Below are positions 1 to 8,433 of a stretch of DNA of 38,781 nucleotides, piece after piece. Source of the stretch: Burkholderiales bacterium (GTDB lineage Bacteria; Vulcanimicrobiota; Xenobia; Xenobiales; Xenobiaceae); assembly GCA_012799975.1 (NCBI GenBank), contig JAAZKF010000111.1, positions 1 through 38,781 of the forward strand. The letters are read 5' to 3'. The position numbers and the translations under genes are program-made. How positions within the stretch are numbered: position 1 is the first letter of the stretch; each line of letters opens with the position of its first letter. The notes under the pieces are model-generated. The model saw nothing but the letters and a program-made list of their open reading frames with translations, had not been told where the DNA came from and ran no database searches.

Positions 1-170
1 ACCCCACCCACACCAGGGTGTGGGTGGGAGGGGCCCGTCTGCGTCGTCAGGCGCACCTCTGCGGTGCTCACGTAGTTTCCAACTACGCTCCGCTCCTCAG
101 AACGCACGCCTTCCTGGCATCCAGACTCGCCTCGATGGCCTCGGTTCTCACGCCAGGCGGCGGATTCAGG
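1..170 (+). mobile_element. MITE copy 1 (long class, left end cut by window edge)
   Basis: Near-identical to 4472-4649 and to the reverse complement of 12316-12530. Ends in CACGCCAGGCGGCGGATTCAGG at 170. Carries the CCCACCCACACC-AG-GGTGTGGGTGGG hairpin (3-28). Confidence 0.9.
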
Positions 171-172
171 CA

Positions 173-400
173 GACGGTCGAGATTTTTGCCGGGCCTTCT
201 TCGACTGATACAATCGAGAACACTACCACTCCGCCCTGGCCTGGCTGATCCCTGAGACCGTCCACTACGGCCGCGCCGACGAGCTCCTCGCCTCGCGCCA
301 AAGGCTGCTGACAGGCCTACACCGCCAACCCGAGCAGGTTCATCGGCGGACCACCTCGGGCCACCCAACTGCCTGAAGCCGTTTGGATCAATCCACCAAA
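173..400 (+). pseudogene. IS3-type transposase C-terminal remnant
   Basis: Manual translation: DGRDFCRAFFD*YNREHYHSALAWLIPETVHYGRADELLASRQRLL, then a frameshift near 312, then AYTANPSRFIGGPPRATQLPEAVWINPP. This resembles the FF.WYN.EH.HS...P..VHYG...AY..HPERF...LP.AVWINPP tail I recognise from IS3-annotated transposases. TGA at 206-208 occupies the Trp position. Confidence 0.75.
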
Positions 401-439
401 CGCCGCTTCAACTGGCGGTGCACTTCTTCCCCCGCCTGG

Positions 440-2164
440 TTACAGATCTGAAGTTCCCTTCTCGTCGGATTCAGCGGGTGCCAGCGGTGGTTCCGGTAAT
501 CGCCCGAAGAGGCAGAACCTCGTCGATTGATACAGAACAGGGCGGCCAGACCGGTGCAGGTCCACCACCAGGTCTTCAGGAGCCTTCCTCAGGTCCAGGC
601 AGAAAGCCTCGGTTTGCTTGGCCATGGGGGACGGTATGACGCCGAGGTAGTAACCCGGCATCTTCATCCCATCCGGGCGGTCCGCCAGGTAGTTCAAGCC
701 AGGAAGGTTGAACGCAACCAGCACCCCGTCCTTTCGGACCTCTTGCTGGATCATGCGGACCAGTTCGTTAATTTCCCGGACTTCAGATTCGGGGCCCCAC
801 ACCCGTCCCCGGACCGGGTCAAGAAGCACATAATGGCGCCTCTGCAATGTGCCACTGCGCAGACTGTCGCGAGCGGCCAGATGATAGGGGAGAATTCCGT
901 AGAATATGAAGGCCACGCTCAGGAAGATCCCTGCGCCGGTCACCGTCCACCGGTATCTCCCCCGAAGGCAGACCCATGCGAAAAGTAAGGCGGGGACGAG
1001 ATTGCGGAGTGCTCCCCAACTCAGCATATAAGAAGCCAGGAGCATCACCGTCGACAAGAGGTAAGCGGACTGGACCCGGGATTCGCGAAGACGGTCCGGC
1101 ACGAACCAAGGCAGCCAGAGAGGCACGGACAGGACGGCGATGCAGGGCCAGGCCAGGCCAAGCGGTGCACGGTTACTCTCGGGGACCAGGCTGCCCAGGG
1201 TCAGGAGCAGCCCGAAGGCTCCCAGGATGGGACGCGCTTGATGTAGAGGCATCACCGCCAGTCCAAGTAATCCGGCTCCCAGGGCCAGGATACCCGGCGG
1301 CACGGAGGGACAAGCGAACAAGGCGTTGCGATAAGCCATGAGACTGTTGGGATAAGCCAGAACGTCCATGGGGGCTGCAAGCTGCAGAACGGCCAGGAGC
1401 AGACCGGCCACGACGATCCCCTCAAGAAGCTCCGCCAGACGACGGGGCTGAAACGGCGGAGCCTCCGGCCTGCCCTGCCCCAGAACCAGCGTCGTGGTGA
1501 CCAGGCTCAAAGCCACCACGAAGGGTTCCTTGTGCCCCGAGACCAGGATCGCGTAGAAGGGTATCAGCGCAGCGACCGAGACCCACGCAGGCAGGGGAGC
1601 CGCGATGCGGGCCAGGGACATCGCGACCATGGCGATACCGAAGGGAGGTTTCAAAAGCCCGGCAACCCCGGCCAGGAAGCCCTGCCAGAAGGTGGCTCGG
1701 GCTCCGTCCCGATGGAGGATCAGGATCCAGCCGAGGACCAGGGGATAGACGTGATAGTCGCCGTAGGGGACATTCGCCACTGCCCAAGGACCCAGGAGAA
1801 ACTGGAGACCTCCCGCGGCCATCGCACCTGCTCTGCCCACCCTGAAGCGCATCGCCAGGAGAACTGTCAGCCCGACTGACAACGCATGGCACAGCCCGGC
1901 GACGAGGCGGACAGGATAGATCTCCATACCCCACCATGACAAGACGGGATGGTGCAGGAGGAACAGGTAGGGCCCGTAGGTAGAAAGGAAGTCCCGGTAG
2001 AGCACGCGTCCACGGGAATACTCTTCGAAGCCACGCAGCATGACGCCCTCCTCGGTGAGAAGGTTGTCCAGCCCGATGCTATAGTGGGCTATAATGGTTG
2101 CGTACACTGCTGTGGCCGCGGTGAGGGCCAGAGCGGCCCAGGGAACGGCGCGGCGCGTGGTCAT
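440..2164 (-). CDS. Polytopic membrane protein, probable GT-C fold (ArnT/PMT-like) glycosyltransferase
   Basis: Many hydrophobic segments and an N-terminal loop 'EEG...G.VLYRDF...YGP' typical of GT-C-like proteins. Start placed at MTTRRAV (2164); the ORF-track upstream extension looks non-coding. Confidence 0.6.
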   Translation of the reverse strand: MTTRRAVPWAALALTAATAVYATIIAHYSIGLDNLLTEEGVMLRGFEEYSRGRVLYRDFLSTYGPYLFLLHHPVLSWWGMEIYPVRLVAGLCHALSVGLTVLLAMRFRVGRAGAMAAGGLQFLLGPWAVANVPYGDYHVYPLVLGWILILHRDGARATFWQGFLAGVAGLLKPPFGIAMVAMSLARIAAPLPAWVSVAALIPFYAILVSGHKEPFVVALSLVTTTLVLGQGRPEAPPFQPRRLAELLEGIVVAGLLLAVLQLAAPMDVLAYPNSLMAYRNALFACPSVPPGILALGAGLLGLAVMPLHQARPILGAFGLLLTLGSLVPESNRAPLGLAWPCIAVLSVPLWLPWFVPDRLRESRVQSAYLLSTVMLLASYMLSWGALRNLVPALLFAWVCLRGRYRWTVTGAGIFLSVAFIFYGILPYHLAARDSLRSGTLQRRHYVLLDPVRGRVWGPESEVREINELVRMIQQEVRKDGVLVAFNLPGLNYLADRPDGMKMPGYYLGVIPSPMAKQTEAFCLDLRKAPEDLVVDLHRSGRPVLYQSTRFCLFGRLPEPPLAPAESDEKGTSDL

Positions 2165-2397
2165 TGTGGACACGGCGGCGGGCCTTCGGAGCCCTTCATT
2201 GCAATCCTGCCCTCTGTCAGCGATCGGACGATATGATCCACCCTCCGGATTGGCAGCCGGCCTGAATCCGGACCGAGCATCGTAGAGGCCATTGCTTAAC
2301 CCGCGCGGGTGCATCCCAGCGAGCGGCGAGGCAACCGACACGATATTCACACAGGCTGCTGACAGGGAACCACGCACCCCCGGCAAAGGGGCAGCGG

Positions 2398-3048
2398 ATG
2401 CAACTGGATTATTACGCCCACTCCTGTTTCGCCGTGACCGATGGCACGGGCCGCCGTATCCTGATCGACCCCTACGATCCCACGGTGGGCTATACCATGC
2501 CGAACCGGCCGGCGGAGGTGACCCTCGTCAGCCATGCCCACTTCGACCACGACTACCTGGCGGCCGTCCCAGGTCGCACCCGGGTCCTCCGTGGAGCCGG
2601 AGAGCACCGGTTTGAAGGCCTGACCATCCAGGGATTCACGGCCGACCACGATGAAGAGGGCGGAAGCCGGCTGGGTCACATCACCATCTTCCGCCTCGAG
2701 GTCGACGGGCGCTCGATCGTGCACCTTTCAGACCTGCAGGGCCCGCTGACCTCAGAGGTCCAGGCGCGCCTGCAGGGTGCCGACATCCTGCTCATTCCCT
2801 GCGGTGGGGGCGGCTACACCCTGGGCCCCCGGGAGGCCGCTGACCTGGTCCGCACGCTTCGCCCCCGTCAGGTGGTCCCGATGCACTATCGGACCCCCTT
2901 CCTGAACCGCAGCCGATTTCCCGATCTCCAACCGGTCGACCCTTTCCTGCAGGAATTCGAGTCCCGCCCACTGCGCGAATCCTCGTTGCGGCTCGGGGAC
3001 CTCGCGCCCGAAGGCCCGGAGATCGTGGCTCTCAGCCATATTTTTTGA
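2398..3048 (+). CDS. Metallo-beta-lactamase-fold hydrolase
   Basis: HSCF...ILIDPY, SHAHFDH (HxHxDH), HLSD and PMHY motifs. Confidence 0.9.
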   Translation: MQLDYYAHSCFAVTDGTGRRILIDPYDPTVGYTMPNRPAEVTLVSHAHFDHDYLAAVPGRTRVLRGAGEHRFEGLTIQGFTADHDEEGGSRLGHITIFRLEVDGRSIVHLSDLQGPLTSEVQARLQGADILLIPCGGGGYTLGPREAADLVRTLRPRQVVPMHYRTPFLNRSRFPDLQPVDPFLQEFESRPLRESSLRLGDLAPEGPEIVALSHIF

Positions 3049-3070
3049 AGCGGAGCCCCGGCCTCAAGGC

Positions 3071-4342
3071 TCAGTCCTCGGGCTTATGGGGGTCCACTAC
3101 ATGCGAGAACTCTTCGATGAAGCGCTCGGGGGTGATGCAACAGACGGCTGCCATCTGCCGCAGGCGATCCCGCGACTCGAAATCCTGGCGGGTCAAGCGG
3201 ATCATGTATTCCCGGGCGATCCGATAGGACAGCGAGCTGCAGTCTACGAAGCGGACCTTGGTGCGGCGGGTCTGCGGGCTGATCAAGTCGGCAAACCGCA
3301 ACGGCACGATCCGCTCACCCTGCACCGTGATCACTGCATTGGTGCCACCGTTCTCCAGGAACTCGACGGCCCCGTAGCCCAGGTTGCGGGTATAGTCGAT
3401 ATCGAAGGCGGTCGGGTCCACGCAACGCAACTCATACCCCAACTCCTGGTTGACGATCCGCAGTTTGATCCCGAATTCCTCCAGGCGACGGCGGATGGCG
3501 AACTTCAGGATATCTGAAAAGTTCAGTTCTCCCAGATGCAGATGCCCGTATTCGTCGCGTTCGAGGACCTCGAACTTGGAGAGGAACTTCTCGAGCTCTA
3601 CGGGATCGATCCTCTCCATGAAGCCTTCGGCGACGATGGCCACCCCGTGCTGGCGGCCCTCAGCCAGGCGTTTGATGATCGAACCGACGATCGTGTCGAC
3701 GATCAGGCTCAGGCCGACCTTCCCCGTGAACTCTTCCGGAATCAGGGTCAGGGTGGCCCCGGCCGATTTGCCGATCCCCAGGGCCAGGTGCCCGGCCTTG
3801 CGCCCCATGGCGACCACCACGAACCAACGCCCGGTGACCCGGGCATCCTGATAGTAGGTGGACACGATGCGGCTGCCCTCGGCGCGGGCCGTCTCGAAGC
3901 CGAAGGTGGGGATGCCAGCAGGCAGGGGCAGGTCGTTGTCGATGGTCTTGGGGATGTGGGCAAACTTCAGATCGTGCCCCATATGCCGGGAGTATTCGGC
4001 GATCCGGATGGCCGAATAGGCGGTGTCGTCGCCCCCCAGGGTAACCAGGTGGGTGATCTCCAACTCCCGCAAGGTCTCGACCGTATTGCGCAGCAGGCGC
4101 TCATCCCTGGTCGGGTTGGCTCGGGAGGTCCGCAGCAGGCTACCTCCGTGGAGGTGGATCCGACTGATCTTGGGGATGCTGAGGAACTCGATCTTCTTCT
4201 CGCCGTTCATCAGGTGCTGGTAGCCATCATAGATCCCGATCACCGAGTGGCCACGCTTGATGGCCTCGATCGTGACCGAACTGATGACCGAGTTGGTGCC
4301 CGGGGCAGGTCCTCCCCCGATGAGGATTCCATACTTGCGCAC
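3071..4342 (-). CDS. pfp: Pyrophosphate-dependent phosphofructokinase (diphosphate--fructose-6-phosphate 1-phosphotransferase)
   Basis: GGGPAPG, GGDD (the Asp indicates PPi preference), PKTIDND, MGRKAGHLA and LGYELR motifs. AGAGG SD-like sequence upstream. Confidence 0.9.
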   Translation of the reverse strand: MRKYGILIGGGPAPGTNSVISSVTIEAIKRGHSVIGIYDGYQHLMNGEKKIEFLSIPKISRIHLHGGSLLRTSRANPTRDERLLRNTVETLRELEITHLVTLGGDDTAYSAIRIAEYSRHMGHDLKFAHIPKTIDNDLPLPAGIPTFGFETARAEGSRIVSTYYQDARVTGRWFVVVAMGRKAGHLALGIGKSAGATLTLIPEEFTGKVGLSLIVDTIVGSIIKRLAEGRQHGVAIVAEGFMERIDPVELEKFLSKFEVLERDEYGHLHLGELNFSDILKFAIRRRLEEFGIKLRIVNQELGYELRCVDPTAFDIDYTRNLGYGAVEFLENGGTNAVITVQGERIVPLRFADLISPQTRRTKVRFVDCSSLSYRIAREYMIRLTRQDFESRDRLRQMAAVCCITPERFIEEFSHVVDPHKPED

Positions 4343-4471
4343 CGGATCACCTCTCTTCCTGGCCCGACGCCCCGGAACTCAGCAGAGGCGGGGTAACCTG
4401 TGAAAAAAAAGCGCTTCGCCTCGACAAGAAGGATCCCCTGCGCGGGAGGGGCCTTGAATTCGCCACCTAGC

Positions 4472-4649
4472 CCTGAATCCGCCGCCTACCGTGGCATTCG
4501 GCCGTCGAGGCGGGCCCGTCTGCGTCGTCAGGCGCACCTCTGCGGTGCTCACGTAGTTCCCAACTACGCTCCGCTCCTCGATGCACGCCTTCCTGGCATC
4601 CAGACCCGCCTCGATGGCCTCGGTTCTCACGCCAGGCGGCGGATTCAGG
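4472..4649 (+). mobile_element. MITE copy 2 (178 bp, medium class)
   Basis: 16-bp perfect TIRs CCTGAATCCGCCGCCT / AGGCGGCGGATTCAGG. Flanks are CTAGC (4467-4471) and CTGGC (4650-4654), a 4/5 direct repeat. Lies between divergent genes. Confidence 0.92.
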
Positions 4650-4769
4650 CTGGCCGCCCGACGTGGACAACTCGGCCCGGGTCTGCTACGATTCCGAACC
4701 GTGAGTGACTCGGAAGGATATAATCCCGGAACCGCAGCCTACAAATACGAGCAGTTGCAGACCCGCAGC

Positions 4770-5693
4770 ATGATCCGCTCGCTGCTGAGTCTTTTCGGCA
4801 GCCGACCGGACCCCACCCTGCTCTCCTTCGACCAGGTCCAGGCCCTGCTCCGCCCCGCCGCAGGGGTGTCGAGGGGAACCCGGATGATCCCCATCTCCCA
4901 TATCGTAGGCAGTGTGGGACGCTACCGGGACTTCGACCGGGCCTTCCTCCCCCTCAACCCGGCCTCTGAAGAACGCTGGAAGCGAATCGACGTGGCCATG
5001 CATGGTTCCAGCGGCCTTCCCCCCATCGACGTCTACCTGGTGGGCGAGGTCTATTTCGTTCGCGACGGGAACCACCGGGTCTCGGTGGCCAGGGCCAATG
5101 GCATGGAAGAGATCGAGGCCCGGGTGACCGAGATTCCGACCCGGGTGCCGTTGACCGCCGACCTGGACGTCGACGACCTGATCCGCAAAACGGAATACGC
5201 CCGATTCCAGGAAGAGACCGACCTGGACAAGTCCCGCCCCCAGGCCAACATCGACCTGACCGAGCCTGGTCGCTACGAACAGCTCCTCGAGCACATCGGA
5301 GTGCACCGCTACTATCTGGGCCTGGAGCGAGGTCATGAGGTCTCCATGCCCGAGGCCGCGCAGAGCTGGTATGACCACGTGTATCTCCCGGTGATCGAAT
5401 CGGTCCGCCAGAGCCGGGTCCTCGAAGAGTTCCCCCACCGGAGCGAGGCGGACCTCTACCTCTGGGTAGCCTGGCATCGCGAACGTCTCAAGAAGAAATA
5501 CGGGGTCCTGCCCCCGGACCAGGAGGTCGCCGCCGGTCTGGCGGAGCGTTTCAGCGAGCGCCCCCTGGCCCGCTTCCTGAAGATGCTGCGACGGATCCTC
5601 CAGGCTGCCGTGGCGGCGGCCCACGAGTCCCCCGCCCCTCCCGAGGCCGACAGACCATCGGACCCTGGCGAGGACCCGCCCGACCCGTCGTGA
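4770..5693 (+). CDS. ParB/sulfiredoxin-like N-terminal domain protein (DUF4032-associated type)
   Basis: IVGSVGRYRDFDRAFLP, LPPIDVY, YFVRDGNHRVSVA (ParB/Srx-like DGxHR) and ADLYLW. The ORF-track start at 4581 is inside the MITE; MIRSLL at 4770 is the more likely start. Confidence 0.75.
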   Translation: MIRSLLSLFGSRPDPTLLSFDQVQALLRPAAGVSRGTRMIPISHIVGSVGRYRDFDRAFLPLNPASEERWKRIDVAMHGSSGLPPIDVYLVGEVYFVRDGNHRVSVARANGMEEIEARVTEIPTRVPLTADLDVDDLIRKTEYARFQEETDLDKSRPQANIDLTEPGRYEQLLEHIGVHRYYLGLERGHEVSMPEAAQSWYDHVYLPVIESVRQSRVLEEFPHRSEADLYLWVAWHRERLKKKYGVLPPDQEVAAGLAERFSERPLARFLKMLRRILQAAVAAAHESPAPPEADRPSDPGEDPPDPS

Positions 5694-6976
5694 GCTCTCC
5701 GCTACGCCTGGCCATGACGGCCGCCCACGGGGGTTATGGTTCCGAACAGGTCCCCGTGGGTGGGGGGGCCGCCATCTGCGAGCGCCTGTGCAGAACCTGG
5801 GGAGCCCGTCAGGATGTGGAACTCACCCTCCTGGTGCCGGGCCCCTCGGTCCCGCCGGGTCTGCGCTCGCTCCGCGTCGATGTCCTGGAGGGACGGACTC
5901 CCTCCTCGCTCGGGACCCTGAGTTACGCCCGTTTCTGCCGACGCTTCGAGAAGGTCCTGACCCGAACGCTGATCCGCCTGGCCCCCGACGCGGTCCTGGT
6001 CCACGACATCGCCGAGGCCCCGGACTTCCAGGCCCTGCACCGTCAAGGCATCCCTTGCGTGCCGATCCTGCACGTCGACGTCGTGGACTTCTTCTGCCGG
6101 ATGTATCTGGGCGGATGGGTGCGCCCCCAGGCGGCTGAAGCCTTCATGCGGCGGCTGCGCCCATGGCCAATCCTCCCTGACCTCTTGCGTCTGGTCTTCG
6201 ACAAGCAGGCCGCAGCGGCCCTCTGTTGCCCCCACCTGGTGGTGCCCTCCCGGGGGATGGCCGAAATCCTGGAAAAGACCTATCCCGAGATGGCACCTGG
6301 CCAGGTCGTCGTAGTTCCCTGGGGAGCCCCCGATGAAGAGCCCTCCGAGGCCGCCCTCCAGGCAGCGCGCAGCCGGTGGTCCCGGCGACTGGAGATCCCC
6401 GCCGAGGCCCCCGTGATCCTGACCTTGTCCCGTCTCTCACCCGAAAAGGGCCAGGACCTGCTGCTGGAAGCCCTGGCCTGGGGCGAGCAGCAAGGAGAAA
6501 TCCCGCCAGGCCTGACCCTGGTCGTCTGTGGCCAGGTCGCCTTCATGCAGGGGCCTGCCTTCCTGGAACGACTCCACCGGTTGGCGCGGAACCTGAGCCA
6601 GGTCCGGGTCATCTTCCCCGGCCACCTGGGTGGAGCCGAGAAACGGATAGCCCTGGAGAGGGCCGACCTCTTCGTCTCCGCCAGTCGCCACGAGAGCTAC
6701 GGCCTGACCACGATGGAGGCCCTGGCGGCGGGAACCCCCGTCCTGGCCCTGGAGACCCCCGGAGCCCGCCAAGCCCTGAGCCCGGATTGCGGGCGCATCC
6801 TGGCGCGAGGGGGAGACCTCCGGGCCAGGCTCTGGGACGAGATCCGGGACATGCTGGCAGACCACGGGCGCCTGGAGGCCATGGGCAGGGCAGCCCGGGA
6901 GCGCGCTGCCGCTCATCCCTTCAGCCTGGCCGCCGAGCGGCTACGCCTGCTCCTAGCCGGACTGAAAGATTCCTGA
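5690..6976 (+). CDS. Glycosyltransferase family 4
   Basis: SRLSPEKGQDLLL and ESYGLTTMEALAAGTPV (EX7E) motifs. GTGA overlap with the upstream gene. Confidence 0.9.
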   Translation: MSSPLRLAMTAAHGGYGSEQVPVGGGAAICERLCRTWGARQDVELTLLVPGPSVPPGLRSLRVDVLEGRTPSSLGTLSYARFCRRFEKVLTRTLIRLAPDAVLVHDIAEAPDFQALHRQGIPCVPILHVDVVDFFCRMYLGGWVRPQAAEAFMRRLRPWPILPDLLRLVFDKQAAAALCCPHLVVPSRGMAEILEKTYPEMAPGQVVVVPWGAPDEEPSEAALQAARSRWSRRLEIPAEAPVILTLSRLSPEKGQDLLLEALAWGEQQGEIPPGLTLVVCGQVAFMQGPAFLERLHRLARNLSQVRVIFPGHLGGAEKRIALERADLFVSASRHESYGLTTMEALAAGTPVLALETPGARQALSPDCGRILARGGDLRARLWDEIRDMLADHGRLEAMGRAARERAAAHPFSLAAERLRLLLAGLKDS

Positions 6977-6984
6977 ACCCCGCC

Positions 6985-8433
6985 TCAGGGGATCTGGACC
7001 GCGGGCCCCAGGAACTCGTCCACTTCCAGGAGCCGGACCGGCCCCAAACCCAGGGCCTCCAACTGAGGAGTCACCACCCGAGCATCCCCCACCACCACCA
7101 AGGCCATTTCTTCCAGGGCCAGGGTTCGGGTGGCCGCGCGCGCGGTGGAAGCCGCATCCACTTCCAGGAGGCGAGCGACGTACTCCGAGAAGTAGGCGTC
7201 CGGCAACCCGTACAGTTGCATCTCGAGAACCTTGGCAGCCAGATCCGTGCAGGTCTCAAACTCGCCGGGGAAGCTGTAGGCAGCATAGCTGCGCGCCTTC
7301 AGCAGCTCGGGCTCGGGGATGGGCTCAAGGATGGCCTCCAACTCGGAGAGGATCTCCCCCAGGGCCGCCCCCGTCTTGTCGGCCTGCACCGAGGTGCTCA
7401 CCAGGAAGGGCCCCGGGGCCCGGCGCATGGCGAAGCTGGAGCTGGCACCGTAGGTGAAGCCGTTGCGCTCGCGCAGATTCTGGTTGAGCCGCGAGGTGAA
7501 GGAACCGCCCAGGACGGTGTTGAGAATCTGCAAGGGGAAGAAATCCGGGGTGACCCGTTCCACACCGACCTTCCCGACGCGCAGGACGGATTGGGGAGAA
7601 TCGGGTCTGTCGACCAGGAAGATCCCCCGCCCCCGCGCGGGAATCGCACGGGTCGGAGCGTCGGACAAAGCCGGTCCCGAGGCCTTCCAGGAGCCGAAGC
7701 GGGAACCCAGGAGCTTCAGGGCCTGCTCGGGTTCCACGTCTCCCGTCACGACAAACGAGGCCAGAGCCGGATGGCACAACTGACGGTGGAAGTCCAGCAG
7801 ATCCTGGCGGGTCAGCCCGGCGAACTGGGCGGCCGTGCCGGAAGACGAGGTCCCATAGCGATGGTGCTCTCCATAGACCGTCCGGAGGAAGGCGGCATTG
7901 GCCAGCGAGGTCGGGTCCATCCGCATCTGCAGGAAGCTGGTCAGGAAGCGGGCCTGCAGACGGTCGACTTCGGCCTGGGCGAAGCGCGGACGCAGGACCA
8001 TGTCGGCCATCAGGTCCAAAGCCGGTTCCAGGCGCGCCGTGGGTACCCCCAAGGCGACCACGGTTCCGTCAAAACTGCAGTTGGCCGAGAGGTCGGCTCC
8101 CAACATGTCCACCGCCTCGGCGAACTCCAGGGAATCGCGCGCCCCGGCTCCTTCATCCAGGCAGGCCGTGGTGAAAGAGGCCAGACCGGCCTTGCCTGCC
8201 GGATCCTGCATGGCCCCGGCCCGGAAGAGCAGATTGACCGAGACCAGGGGCACCTTCTTCCGTTGGACGAACCACACGGGGATCCCATTGGGCAACTGCC
8301 GCTTCACGATCGGCTGCATCTTCAGGCCGGGTGGCAGGCCCGGCCGGGGAGGCGTCGTCCGATCGGGGATCCCGGCCTCGAGCGGGAGCGCGGCCAACAA
8401 GGCCAGCAAAAGTATGAGAAGAGCCCTCTTCAT
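6985..8433 (-). CDS. M16B peptidase non-catalytic subunit (signal peptide)
   Basis: LPNG start, no HXXEH, GGSFTSRLNQNLRERNGFTY (R/Y motif). Overlaps the partner's stop codon. Confidence 0.88.
   Translation of the reverse strand: MKRALLILLLALLAALPLEAGIPDRTTPPRPGLPPGLKMQPIVKRQLPNGIPVWFVQRKKVPLVSVNLLFRAGAMQDPAGKAGLASFTTACLDEGAGARDSLEFAEAVDMLGADLSANCSFDGTVVALGVPTARLEPALDLMADMVLRPRFAQAEVDRLQARFLTSFLQMRMDPTSLANAAFLRTVYGEHHRYGTSSSGTAAQFAGLTRQDLLDFHRQLCHPALASFVVTGDVEPEQALKLLGSRFGSWKASGPALSDAPTRAIPARGRGIFLVDRPDSPQSVLRVGKVGVERVTPDFFPLQILNTVLGGSFTSRLNQNLRERNGFTYGASSSFAMRRAPGPFLVSTSVQADKTGAALGEILSELEAILEPIPEPELLKARSYAAYSFPGEFETCTDLAAKVLEMQLYGLPDAYFSEYVARLLEVDAASTARAATRTLALEEMALVVVGDARVVTPQLEALGLGPVRLLEVDEFLGPAVQIP

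Noticed and set aside
206-208. TGA at a Trp position as evidence for an alternative genetic code
   Set aside because: It occurs in a frameshifted IS relic, and many intact genes here terminate at TGA and use TGG for Trp.
2261-2270. Solo CCTGAATCCG match to the MITE terminus (also 9-mers near 467 and 28964)
   Set aside because: Only 9-10 bp, with no partner end or internal sequence.
4403-4410. A8 tract upstream of pfp as a phase-variable promoter
   Set aside because: The tract is short and I could not place it between credible -35/-10 elements.
4379-4708. Small ORFs recurring at 18-248, 4379-4630, 4400-4708, 12335-12634 and similar, which look like a paralogous peptide family
   Set aside because: The similarity is only translation of the MITE sequence. 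Starts and stops differ between copies and indels shift frames.
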